A DNA stretch of 64,000 nucleotides, from the NCBI GenBank assembly GCA_019115845.1, contig DXCU01000004.1, positions 44,561 to 108,560 of the forward strand, read 5' to 3'. Every line of letters begins with the position of its first letter. Position 1 is the first letter of the stretch. The translations under genes and the position numbers were made by a program. Positions 1 through 8,111 of the stretch are shown here, piece by piece. The notes beneath the pieces are model-generated. The model was not told where the DNA came from. It made no database searches and worked only from the letters and a program-made list of their open reading frames with translations. Source of the DNA: Candidatus Rubneribacter avistercoris (lineage in GTDB: Bacteria > Actinomycetota > Coriobacteriia > Coriobacteriales > Eggerthellaceae).

Positions 1-257
1 ATCCCGTGCAGGAAGAGCGCGGTGTCGTGGGAGAAGACGGCCTTCGGGTAGCGCGCCTGCAGGATGGCAAACTCGTCGGGGAGGGCGTCCGCCGACAGGT
101 AGATGCCTTGGGACTGCCGCTTAAGCCCCCTGCTGCGCACGTAGCGGTAGAAGGAGTCCTTCGGGACCCCCTCCCTGAGCGCGTCTGACGCCGTAATGAC
201 GCCGTTCCCCTCGTCGAGGAGGCGCTCCAGGGTTTCTGTATGTCTTGCGATTTTCAT
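1..257 (-). CDS. AbiEi-family (type IV TA) antitoxin, N-terminal part; the gene continues past the left window edge
   Basis: Own minus-strand translation from the ATG at 255-257: MKIARHTETLERLLDEGNGVITASDALREGVPKDSFYRYVRSRGLKRQSQGIYLSADALPDEFAILQARYPKAVFSHDTALFLHG.. This gives a wHTH followed by the '..P.AV.SH.TAL.LHG' layout typical of AbiEi antitoxin domains. It is absent from the ORF track because there is no stop inside the window. Confidence 0.7.
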   Translation of the reverse strand, partial: MKIARHTETLERLLDEGNGVITASDALREGVPKDSFYRYVRSRGLKRQSQGIYLSADALPDEFAILQARYPKAVFSHDTALFLHG

Positions 258-498
258 ACTGAAATGTTATCACAATGTCAGTGCAAAAGTATGGTAATGA
301 ATCATCTGGATTGCGGAGACGAAGCTCGCTTCGAATCGTCATGCCCTGTACGGAAGATGAGACATGTTCGTCTGGGCATTTTGAGATAATGATCGTGCAG
401 GAAGTGTGTCGACTACTCGCTATTCGCGGATGCGGCATCGTCTTCATGGATGGGTTGCCGGCGTTCATGTCGGTTCACCCTGCTCCCTTTTCGGGTGA

Positions 499-801
499 AG
501 GGATGCCGACTACATCAACGAAGGCCTTGCAACCGCGATTAAGGGCAGCAAGGCAACCAGGCAGACAGTCATCGTCACCCACAACGCCACGATTCCCATG
601 TTGGCTGACGCACAAACGGTTGTGCTCTGCCGAAATATCGACGGCAAGCTCGTCATTCGCTCCGCTCCCTTGGAAAGAGTCATTGACGGCAAACGCGCAC
701 TCGACTGGATTGTCGAGATAACCGATGGCGGCGAGCCGTCAGGCCTCTATACACACAGCTCGCCACTTTGTGACGCGCTGAGAAGATACCTGTACCGGTA
801 A
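499..801 (+). pseudogene. orphan C-terminal fragment of an SMC/ABC-type ATPase
   Basis: The frame of ORF 598..801 stays open back to a stop at 496-498: ..TRQTVIVTHNATIPMLADAQTVVLCRNIDGKLVIRS.. 'IVTHN..IP.L.DA..V' resembles the H-loop end of ABC/SMC-like ATPases. There is no Walker A/B part and no start codon upstream. Confidence 0.4.
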
Positions 802-838
802 AGGTGCTGGCATCGTTCGTTTCCGCCCGTCTGACTAT

Positions 839-1180
839 GTGTTCTGGGATAGCTTGGGAGAGAAGGCCTTCGCGCAAGATTTGGACGCGGCCGAGGAGGT
901 CTGCGTGTACGCAAAGTTACCCCGCTCGTTCCAGATTCCAACACCCGTAGGAAACTACGCACCCGACTGGGCCATTGCCTTCAATAAGGGTGCCGTACGG
1001 CACGTATTCTTTATTGCGGAAACAAAAGGTTCCATGGGTAGCATGCACCTTGATACCGTAGAGAATGCGAAAGTCGCTTGCGCCAAGAAGGTGTTCAACG
1101 AGTTATCAACTTCTGATGTCAGGTATCACGAGGTCAGCAATTACGATGACCTTCTAATGGTAATTCAGGGAATTGAATAG
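839..1180 (+). pseudogene. C-terminal remnant of a type III restriction enzyme Res subunit
   Basis: ORF 839..1180: ..VYAKLPRSFQIPTPVGNYAPDWAIAFNKGAVRHVFFIAETKGSMGSMHLDTVENAKVACAKKVF.. This matches the conserved Res C-terminal endonuclease block (KLP..F.IPTP.G.Y.PDWAI......Y.V.ETKG). The helicase part is missing and the local sequence is AT-richer. Confidence 0.6.
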
Positions 1181-1207
1181 AGATTGACTGATGGCGCAGA
1201 GATGACG

Positions 1208-1453
1208 TTATCCCCGTCCTGCGTCACCCAAGCCGTTGCCTCCGCCGCACATCTCCCACTCGTCCACCGGCTGCGCGCCCAAATCGTCGATGAGCCAGTC
1301 AATCAACGCAGCCGAATTCGACGTCATGTCGCGAACAATCCCCCCGTCCGCCAGATTGTCACAAGCGGCCATCCAGAACTTGAAGAGGTCCTCGGCGTTG
1401 TCCTCCACGCCAAGCTTTTTTGGATCTTGGCGCCCGCCCGCGCTCTCCGCCAC
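1208..1453 (-). pseudogene. internal fragment of a fumarate-reductase-type FAD flavoprotein
   Basis: ORF 1208..1453: ..GVEDNAEDLFKFWMAACDNLADGGIVRDMTSNSAALIDWLIDDLGAQ.. This parallels the segment DVEDSAELMLEDALRVSNGTADEALAKIYCDDSANCLNWMIEHGCE of the intact reductase at 30639. Only about 80 codons remain and there is no FAD-binding N-terminus. Confidence 0.35.
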
Positions 1454-1571
1454 CGCAAGGCCGCTGTCCCGGCACGGGATTCTTCGACTGCGCTCCCTGC
1501 GGCCGCTCCGCCCGGAATGACAGACGGAGGGCCGCGCGCGGCGGCGGGCGAGGACTCCGACGCTGGCCGCG

Positions 1572-2048
1572 CTACGCGTTGCGGCTCACAAACGCCCGCA
1601 GGCCCTCGGCATGCCACGGAAGCGACTGCTCGTCCGCGAATGCGATGAGCGGGTGCTTTTTCTTATCGACCGTCTTGATGGTCATGAGGACCTTGCCCTT
1701 GTCGAAAAGCTTGCCCTCCTTGACGTTCATCTCCACGATATCCTCGTTGGGGATAAAGCGGAACGGCGCGTCCACGTCGCGGATCTTCGCCACTTCGGTG
1801 AGGTTGTTGTTGAGGGTAAGCGTCTTGGTCCAGTTGAGGTAGATCATACCCAGGCCGTTTTCCGTCTGGTTGATGATCATCGCGTCGTAGGGGTACTCCA
1901 TGCCGCCCACCACGCCCGACTTGGCGCGCCGCTGGTCTTTCCGCGCGACGAAGTAGCAGTTGCTCTGCCCTTCGCAGCCGGCGTCGCGAAACAGCTTCGC
2001 AACCTGTTCCAAAGTGTCGAACTCGCTCATGGGTTCCTTCCTTTCCAC
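1572..2048 (-). CDS. hypothetical protein (possible PH-like small protein); likely start MSEFD at 2030
   Basis: 158-aa ORF with ordinary, non-shadow composition (MSEFDTLEQVAKLFRDAGCEG...IINQTENGLGMIYLNW...). No family recognised. Confidence 0.5.
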   Translation of the reverse strand: MERKEPMSEFDTLEQVAKLFRDAGCEGQSNCYFVARKDQRRAKSGVVGGMEYPYDAMIINQTENGLGMIYLNWTKTLTLNNNLTEVAKIRDVDAPFRFIPNEDIVEMNVKEGKLFDKGKVLMTIKTVDKKKHPLIAFADEQSLPWHAEGLRAFVSRNA

Positions 2049-2095
2049 CGGGTCGCCCCGGCTCTTGTCTGCTCGTCTGCTCGCGCGGCGCAGGA

Positions 2096-2548
2096 TTATT
2101 GAACGATCTGCGCGAGAAGGTCGCCAAGAAGCGCTAGGTCGCGCTTCTTTTTGAAGTAGAGGTGCAGGCCGCTCAGCTGGCCGGTTTCGCCGTTGTCGAA
2201 GGGGAAGGTCTCGGTGCGGACAAGCTCAACATCGACCCAGCCCTTGGAAAACAGCCCGCCGCGCTGGCAGGTGATGCTCGCCACGTCGCCCGCCAGATCG
2301 AAGGACCAGATGGCGTAGGGTGTTCGGATGAACAGGCTCTCGGTGGTGAGCGCGCAGACGAGGCGCCCCTGCGCGCTCGAACCGAGGAACTTGTCCTGCT
2401 CGTCGCCGTACATGGAGAGATCGGCCAGGAAGAGCACGCGCTCGTCCGGTTGGATGGGAAGGCTCTCAGGCGCCGGCAGCGCGGGAAGGTTGCGCGCGGC
2501 GCTGTGGTTAATGCGCATGGGGAAGTCCTTTCTACTTGAATAGCCCAA
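2096..2548 (-). CDS. hypothetical protein (possible bacterial PH-like fold); likely start MRINH at 2518
   Basis: 150-aa ORF, co-directional with 1572..2048: ..ERVLFLADLSMYGDEQDKFLGSSAQGRLVCALTTESLFIRTPYAIWSFDL.. No family recognised with certainty. Confidence 0.5.
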   Translation of the reverse strand: MGYSSRKDFPMRINHSAARNLPALPAPESLPIQPDERVLFLADLSMYGDEQDKFLGSSAQGRLVCALTTESLFIRTPYAIWSFDLAGDVASITCQRGGLFSKGWVDVELVRTETFPFDNGETGQLSGLHLYFKKKRDLALLGDLLAQIVQ

Positions 2549-2591
2549 GGCGGCCAGGGCCTACAGCCCCACCTCGTTGGCGGGCCGCCCT

Positions 2592-3641
2592 CTACGGCAG
2601 CAGCAGCTGGGCGATTTGAACGGCATTGAGGGCCGCGCCCTTGCGGATCTGGTCGGCCACCACCCACATGGCCAGGCCGTGCTCCACCGTGTCGTCGCGG
2701 CGCAGGCGGCCGACGTAAGTGTCATCGGTGCCCGCGAGCAGGCCGGGCATGGGATAGACGTTGTTCGCAACATCGTCCATGAGCGTCACGCCGGGCGCTG
2801 CCGCCAGCGCGGCGCGCGCATCGGCCACGCTCACCTCGCGGGCGAACTCCACGTTCATCGCCTCGCCATGACAGCGCAGCACGGGCACGCGCACGCAGGT
2901 GGCGGCCACGCGAATGCCCTCGTCGCCCATGATCTTCTTCGTCTCCACGACCATCTTCCACTCCTCTTTGGTGGAATCGTCGTCAAGGAACTTGTCGATG
3001 TGCGGGATGCAGTTGAACGCGATGCGGTGCTGGAACGCCTCCACGGTCAGCTCGTCATCGGAGGCGCCGCCCAGGTACTCGCGCGTCTGGTCGTAGAGCT
3101 CGGCCATGGCCGGCGCGCCCGCGCCGCTGGCGGCCTGGTAGGTGGACACCACCACGCGCGTGATGGGCGCCAGGTCGTAGAGAGGCTTCAAGGCCACCAC
3201 CATCTGGATGGTGGAGCAGTTCGGGTTCGCGATCACGCCGGAGTGCCACGCGATGTCGCCGGGATTCACCTCGGGCACCACCAGCGGCACGTCCTCGTCC
3301 ATGCGAAACGCGCTCGAGTTGTCGATCATCACCGCGCCCGCACGCACCACGGCCTCGCGCATCTGCTTGGACACGCCCGCGCCGCAACTGAACAGCGCGA
3401 TGTCCACGCCCTCGAAGCTCTCCAGCGTCATCTCCTGCACCGTCAGCTCGCCCGCCGGCACTTGACCGCAACCGTCAAACGGCAGCTTCATGCCCGCCGA
3501 ACGCGCCGAAGCCAGCGCCCGCACCTCGCTCGCAGGAAAGTCCACATCGTGCAGCACCTGCAGAAACTCCCTGCCCACCGCGCCGGTGGCCCCCGCAACC
3601 GCCATCACCGGATTCGCCGGCATCTCCTTCGTCCAAGCCAT
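2592..3641 (-). CDS. asd: aspartate-semialdehyde dehydrogenase
   Basis: ORF 2592..3668. The internal start MAWTKE.. at 3641 is preceded by GAGGAG. It has the NAD motif AVAGATGAVG, the active-site block IANPNCSTI, and family-typical length and order. Confidence 0.95.
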   Translation of the reverse strand: MAWTKEMPANPVMAVAGATGAVGREFLQVLHDVDFPASEVRALASARSAGMKLPFDGCGQVPAGELTVQEMTLESFEGVDIALFSCGAGVSKQMREAVVRAGAVMIDNSSAFRMDEDVPLVVPEVNPGDIAWHSGVIANPNCSTIQMVVALKPLYDLAPITRVVVSTYQAASGAGAPAMAELYDQTREYLGGASDDELTVEAFQHRIAFNCIPHIDKFLDDDSTKEEWKMVVETKKIMGDEGIRVAATCVRVPVLRCHGEAMNVEFAREVSVADARAALAAAPGVTLMDDVANNVYPMPGLLAGTDDTYVGRLRRDDTVEHGLAMWVVADQIRKGAALNAVQIAQLLLP

Positions 3642-3988
3642 GGTCGCTCCTCTTCCTCTGGCAGCCAACGCCCCGCACGTCCGCTTGCGCAGCCAATCAC
3701 CACCGATATATACTACAGAAGCTAACGGAATGCCTGAGGTGGAAAGCAGGCGGCACCGTCAAGGTTTAAGAGCGCTGGTTACCGCTAGCGCTCATTTTTC
3801 CGGGACGCCTGAAGCGCCTTGGGTGTTCGCCACCGTCTCCCGCAGCAAACCGACGGCCGCAGCCGCCAGCCCGACAGCCGAAGCTGCAAGCTTGAGGAGC
3901 AACGCGGCAGCATCCAAGCGGATCGCCCCCCTTTCGCAAAAGCAGGCGCCGCCTGGCGCTCAGGACTTACCCCCGTTGGCTCGTTGTC

Positions 3989-3997
3989 ATTCTAGCA
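3989..3997 (-). promoter_or_regulatory. possible extended -10 element (TGcTAGAAT on the minus strand) inside the ask-asd spacer
   Basis: Plus strand attctagca at 3989-3997 reads TGCTAGAAT on the minus strand, about 350 nt upstream of the asd ATG. Sequence pattern only. Confidence 0.25.
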
Positions 3998-4237
3998 TGC
4001 AGAACAACTTCACCCTCCACGCGTCTGCATGCCTAAAAAAGTTTTTTACTACCAAGTTCCCCTAAGTTACAGGTTGGCGCAGTAAGTCAGCGAGAGGCGC
4101 TGGGATGCGCCGAATTCGTGGGATCACGAAGGCGACGCGTACTTACGGTACGCGAGCCTCTGAGATCCCGCGAAGGCGGCGTGCGCCAGCCCCTCGCAGC
4201 GTCGGCCCGTTCCGCCGGCCGGCAGGCCAGCGGAACG

Positions 4238-5518
4238 TCAACGTCCCTTGTTCATCTTCGCGGCTATCTCCTCGGCGGAAAGCTGCGTCTCCTCGAACAC
4301 GCTGTCGCTGTCCAGGCCGAACGCCGTGTGCAGGCAGCGCACGGCCGCTGCGGTCTGCGCGCTGTCCACCACCACCGACAGCCGGATGGGTGACGTGGAG
4401 ATGGCAAGAATGTTGATCTGGTTCTCCCCCAGCGTCTGAAACGCCCGCGCCGCCACGCCCGGCGACGACTTCATGCCCGTGCCCACCAGGCTCACCTTGG
4501 CAATGTCCTCGTCCACGTCGTAGTCGCGCGCGTTGATGTCGGGCAGCACGCGCTCCACCGTTTCGCAGGCGCGCCTCATGTCGGCGCCGGGGCAGGTGAA
4601 GCTGATGTCGGTGATGCCGTCTTGCGAGATGTTCTGGATGATCATGTCCACGCTCACCGCGTTGCCCGCCAGCGCGGAGAACACCTTCGCGGCCACGCCC
4701 GTCATGTCGGGCACGCTGCGGATGGTGAACTTCACCTCGGACGTGTCGTGGGCGATGCCGGTGATGACGGCTTCCTCCATCTTGTCAGCCTCCTCCTTGA
4801 CGTAGGTGCCCTCGGCGTCGGAGAACGCCGAGCGGGAATGGATGACCACCTGGTACTTGCGCGCGAACTCCACGGCGCGCATCTGCAGCACGCCCGCGCC
4901 GGAGCTGGACAGCTCCAGCATGTCGTCGTAGTTGATGACGTCGAGCTTCTTCGCACGCGGGCATACGCGCGGATCGGCCGTGTACACGCCGTCCACGTCC
5001 GAGTAGATCTCGCACACGTCGGCGCCCAGGCCGTGCGCCACCGCCACCGCCGTGGTGTCGGAGCCGCCGCGGCCGAGCGTGGTGATGTCGCCGTTGGCGT
5101 CAATGCCCTGGAATCCCGCCACCACGGCTATCATGCCCCTGTTCAGGGCCTCCATGATGCGCTCGTTGTGCACTTTCACGATTTTGGCCTTGGCGTGCGC
5201 GCCGTCCGTCTCGATGCCGGCCTGGCGGCCCGTGAAGCTCATGGCCTTGTAGCCGCGCGCCTCTATGGCCATGGCCAGAAGCGTCATGGACACCTGCTCG
5301 CCCGTGGACAGCAGCCGGTCCATCTCGCGAGCAGGCGGATTGTCGTTGATCTGGTTCGCCAACCCCACCAGCTCGTCGGTGGTCTTGCCCATGGCGGACA
5401 CCACGGCCACCACGTCATGGCCCTGCTGCTTTTTCGCGATGAGCCTCTTCGCGACCATCTGAATGCGCTCGGGCGAAGCGACCGACGTGCCTCCGAATTT
5501 GCATACGATTAGCGACAT
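4238..5518 (-). CDS. lysC: aspartate kinase
   Basis: ORF 4238..5602. The start MSLIVCKFGGTSV (kinase N-terminal KFGG motif) is at 5518. The C-terminal tandem ACT-like region (..VSLVGTGMKSSPGVAARAF..) matches the family architecture. Confidence 0.95.
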   Translation of the reverse strand: MSLIVCKFGGTSVASPERIQMVAKRLIAKKQQGHDVVAVVSAMGKTTDELVGLANQINDNPPAREMDRLLSTGEQVSMTLLAMAIEARGYKAMSFTGRQAGIETDGAHAKAKIVKVHNERIMEALNRGMIAVVAGFQGIDANGDITTLGRGGSDTTAVAVAHGLGADVCEIYSDVDGVYTADPRVCPRAKKLDVINYDDMLELSSSGAGVLQMRAVEFARKYQVVIHSRSAFSDAEGTYVKEEADKMEEAVITGIAHDTSEVKFTIRSVPDMTGVAAKVFSALAGNAVSVDMIIQNISQDGITDISFTCPGADMRRACETVERVLPDINARDYDVDEDIAKVSLVGTGMKSSPGVAARAFQTLGENQINILAISTSPIRLSVVVDSAQTAAAVRCLHTAFGLDSDSVFEETQLSAEEIAAKMNKGR

Positions 5519-5558
5519 GGCGTTCTTTCTGATCCCACGGGTTCCCAATCGGTCCCTC

Positions 5559-5567
5559 ACTATACCA
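5559..5567 (-). promoter_or_regulatory. possible extended -10 (TGGTATAGT on the minus strand) upstream of aspartate kinase
   Basis: Plus strand actatacca at 5559-5567, 41 nt upstream of the ATG at 5518. Confidence 0.3.
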
Positions 5568-5679
5568 AACAACCGGCACGGGTCCGAGCGAAAGCCCGCC
5601 ATCAGGCGCGTTCTTCACGGGGAATGCAGGGGGCGGGTAGAGGCCCAGGGCGGGTGGAGGCCCGAATGTCCGAGAGGAT

Positions 5680-5763
5680 CAAAGCGGCAGCACGCCATCG
5701 CGGCTCGCTGCGCTTCTACAAAGCGGCAGCACGCCGTCGCGGCTCGCCGCGCTTCTACAAAGC
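5680..5763. repeat. 2.2 copies of a 39-bp tandem repeat
   Basis: caaagcggcagcacgccatcgcggctcgctgcgcttcta (5680-5718), then caaagcggcagcacgccgtcgcggctcgccgcgcttcta (5719-5757), then caaagc. The two full copies differ at 2 positions. Confidence 0.9.
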
Positions 5764-5876
5764 TATGCTTTCAAGCATCATGCTACGAAGCACGGCCTTT
5801 GCCGAACGCTTGGGATCGGCAGCTAGAAACGAGCTTGGAAGCAAGCTCCGTCCCTCCGGCAAAGACGCGCGGAGAT

Positions 5877-6215
5877 TCACCAGATGGCATCTGCGACAGC
5901 GGCGAAGGCACGTCGGTTGAGCTCCACCTTGTCCGAAAAATCGAACGCCGCAGGCTCCTCTGCGTCTGCAGAAGCCGCAACGCTCTTGGCGGGCGCCGCA
6001 GCGGCCCGGAAAGCCCCCGAGGACGCAGGAGCCGCCAACGCCGAAGGCGCAGCCGCTTGCCCGATTTCCGTCGGCAGCGGAAGGGACAGCCGACGGGCGT
6101 CGAACCCGACCAGCGCAAGCGCCGCCAGCATGAGCACGGCCCCCACCGCGCAGCACGCCCCCGCCACTTTGAACCAGCGTTTCGTGCTACCCTTCACAGG
6201 CCGCCTCCTTTGCAA
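5877..6215 (-). CDS. short membrane-anchored protein, third gene of the PadR operon (possibly truncated)
   Basis: 112-aa ORF overlapping the end of the DUF1700-like gene, with an N-terminal TM helix (WFKVAGACCAVGAVLMLAALALVGF). PadR/DUF1700 operons usually carry a longer third gene, and this ORF stops where the repeat region begins. Confidence 0.35.
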   Translation of the reverse strand: MQRRRPVKGSTKRWFKVAGACCAVGAVLMLAALALVGFDARRLSLPLPTEIGQAAAPSALAAPASSGAFRAAAAPAKSVAASADAEEPAAFDFSDKVELNRRAFAAVADAIW

Positions 6216-6822
6216 ACGCCCCCGTCTTCGGGGTCCTCACGAACAGCGATTTGACCATGGCCGCGTACCGATGCGACGCCCGGACAAGCCAGGCACTTGC
6301 CCGCATCGCCCCGAACAGGCAGAACACGCCCAGGCCGAAGCAGAGCAGACCGCCGCCGAGCTGCCAGAGCCCCACCACCGGCATTCCGATGATCCAGCAG
6401 TACGCCAGCGTGCCCAGCCCAAGCGGCCCTCCGAGCAAAAGGCCGATCGCCAGCAGCCACACCGACAGCGCAAGCGCCCAGATGGTCAGGTAGACGCTCG
6501 CCGCCGTAAGCGCCGCCGCAGCAGCGAGCGGCACCCACAAAGGCGAAAGCACCACGGCCAGCACCCAGTTCGCTGCCCGGCTGCCGGTTTTGAGCTTGGC
6601 GACGGCCCCCGGGATGGGCGGCAGCTCGGCCGCGATGGACCGCGCGACCTCCGCAGGGCTGCCAAGCGCAGCCACGGCCTCGGCCTCGGTCGCCCCGTCC
6701 TCCATGCGATCGTCTATCATTTCCTCGATGAAGGCGACGGACTTGTCCGCCTCCGCCGCCGGAAGGCTTGCCAGCTCGCGGCGCAGCGCTTCCAAATAGG
6801 CTTGCTTGCTCGTTTCGCTCAT
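6187..6822 (-). CDS. DUF1700-like membrane protein (PadR-associated)
   Basis: The start MSETSKQAYLEALRRELASLP.. at 6822 overlaps the PadR stop (ATGA). The N-terminal helical part is followed by 3-4 TM helices, the usual layout of the gene downstream of PadR. Confidence 0.7.
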   Translation of the reverse strand: MSETSKQAYLEALRRELASLPAAEADKSVAFIEEMIDDRMEDGATEAEAVAALGSPAEVARSIAAELPPIPGAVAKLKTGSRAANWVLAVVLSPLWVPLAAAAALTAASVYLTIWALALSVWLLAIGLLLGGPLGLGTLAYCWIIGMPVVGLWQLGGGLLCFGLGVFCLFGAMRASAWLVRASHRYAAMVKSLFVRTPKTGAFAKEAACEG

Positions 6823-7142
6823 GCGTCGCTCCTCGCTTCCCCGCCCCTGATGAACCGGTAGATGGCCTGCACGTCGTCCCATTCGGCAACGAACTCGTCC
6901 AGGCGGGCGCGGCCCTCGGGCGTTATCCGGTAGTACTTTCGCAAACGGCCGTTGTGCTCCACGGAGCGCACCGTCAGAAGCCCCGCCGCCTCCAGCCGTT
7001 TGAGCAGCGGGTAGAGCGTCGATTCGGTAAGCCCCAGCACGTCGGGCACATCCTTGAGGATGCGATAGCCGTACGAGTCCTCGTTGCGGATCGACGCGAG
7101 CACGCATGCCTCGAGAAACCCTCGTTTCATCTGCGCATCCAC
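6819..7142 (-). CDS. PadR family transcriptional regulator
   Basis: 107 aa: ..LEACVLASIRNEDSYGYRILKDV......STLYPLLKRLEAAGLL......NGRLRKYYRITPEGR.. This is the canonical PadR wHTH signature. Confidence 0.9.
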   Translation of the reverse strand: MDAQMKRGFLEACVLASIRNEDSYGYRILKDVPDVLGLTESTLYPLLKRLEAAGLLTVRSVEHNGRLRKYYRITPEGRARLDEFVAEWDDVQAIYRFIRGGEARSDA

Positions 7143-7297
7143 GTGTGCATACCTCCGTCCGCGTTATACTATGCATCACATAGTACTATACGATGAAGGG
7201 GCTTGCAAGAGGCGATTGCTCGGACAAAGCCCATCCGACGGCCTGCCGGCCCGGCGATTTGGGGACCTGACGGCGCGGCGGCGCGGCGGCACAACGC

Positions 7298-7367
7298 TTC
7301 GGCCCCGCCTCCGCCGCTGCGGACGCAGGCGGTCTCACACCTCAAGCACGAACGGCTTGCCGTCCAC
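7298..7367. repeat. 70-bp direct repeat, copy 1 (covers the last 11 codons and stop of the ABC ATPase plus 37 nt downstream)
   Basis: ttcggccccgcctccgccgctgcggacgcaggcggtctcacacctcaagcacgaacggcttgccgtccac. This matches 14363-14432 at 66/70 positions, counted by eye. Confidence 0.9.
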
Positions 7368-8111
7368 GTCCACCACGCGCAGAGAGATGCCGTACACCTG
7401 CTCGAGCAGCTCCGACGTCACAATGCGCTCAGGCGCACCCTGCGCCACAATGCGCCCGTCGGCCAGCGCCACCACCTCGTCGCTGTAGTGCAGCGCCTGG
7501 TTGACGTCGTGCAGCACCATGACCACGGTCATGCCGAACTCCTCGTTCAGCCGCCGAACAAGCCGCAGGATGTCCAGCTGATAGCGCACGTCCAAATACG
7601 TGGTTGGTTCGTCGAGCAGAAGCACCTTCGACCCCTGCGCCAGCGCCATGGCAATCCACACGCGCTGCGCCTGGCCGCCCGACAGCGACGACACCGGCTG
7701 GCGAGCGAACTCCAAAAGCCCCGTCGTCTCAAGCGCCCACCTCACCATGCGCTCGTCCTCGGCCGCATCCGCGCGCCGCCCGAGCGCCCGGTACGGGAAG
7801 CGCCCGTACTCCACCAGCTTCTCCACCGACAGATCGGCCGGGACGGTGTTGCGCTGGTGCACGATGGCCACGAGCTTCGCGAAGTCGCGCAATCGCAAAA
7901 GCCCCACGTCGCCGCCGCGCAGAAACACGCTGCCCGCGCTGGGCTTGAGGTTTTTCGTCATGAGGTTAAAGAGCGTTGATTTGCCGGAGCCGTTCGCCCC
8001 GATGAGCGTGGTCACCACGCCCTCGGCAAACGCGAGGTCAAGCCCCTCGAAGATGCGCTTTTGGCCGTATGCGAACGACAGACCGGAGATCGTGAACACG
8101 TTATTCGCCAT
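7335..8111 (-). CDS. iron/haem-type ABC transporter ATP-binding protein (FecE/FepC family)
   Basis: Walker A GANGSGKST, signature LSGGQAQRV, Walker B LLLDEPT, and H-loop VLHD. It overlaps the permease gene by 11 nt. Confidence 0.9.
   Translation of the reverse strand: MANNVFTISGLSFAYGQKRIFEGLDLAFAEGVVTTLIGANGSGKSTLFNLMTKNLKPSAGSVFLRGGDVGLLRLRDFAKLVAIVHQRNTVPADLSVEKLVEYGRFPYRALGRRADAAEDERMVRWALETTGLLEFARQPVSSLSGGQAQRVWIAMALAQGSKVLLLDEPTTYLDVRYQLDILRLVRRLNEEFGMTVVMVLHDVNQALHYSDEVVALADGRIVAQGAPERIVTSELLEQVYGISLRVVDVDGKPFVLEV

Noticed and set aside
4093-4175. The string AGAGGCGC....GGGA with nested hairpins resembles the start of a lysine riboswitch near the aspartokinase gene.
   Set aside because: It is on the plus strand, whereas lysC and asd are on the minus strand, and it lies downstream of the lysC stop. 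The rest of the L-box conserved core is not recognisable by eye. An Rfam scan could still be run.
5680-5763. Tandem repeats (also at 14858, 45579, 60002 and 63766) considered as CRISPR arrays.
   Set aside because: Only 2-3 units are present, either contiguous or with spacers far shorter than CRISPR spacers. There are no cas genes in the window and one repeat lies inside a coding region.
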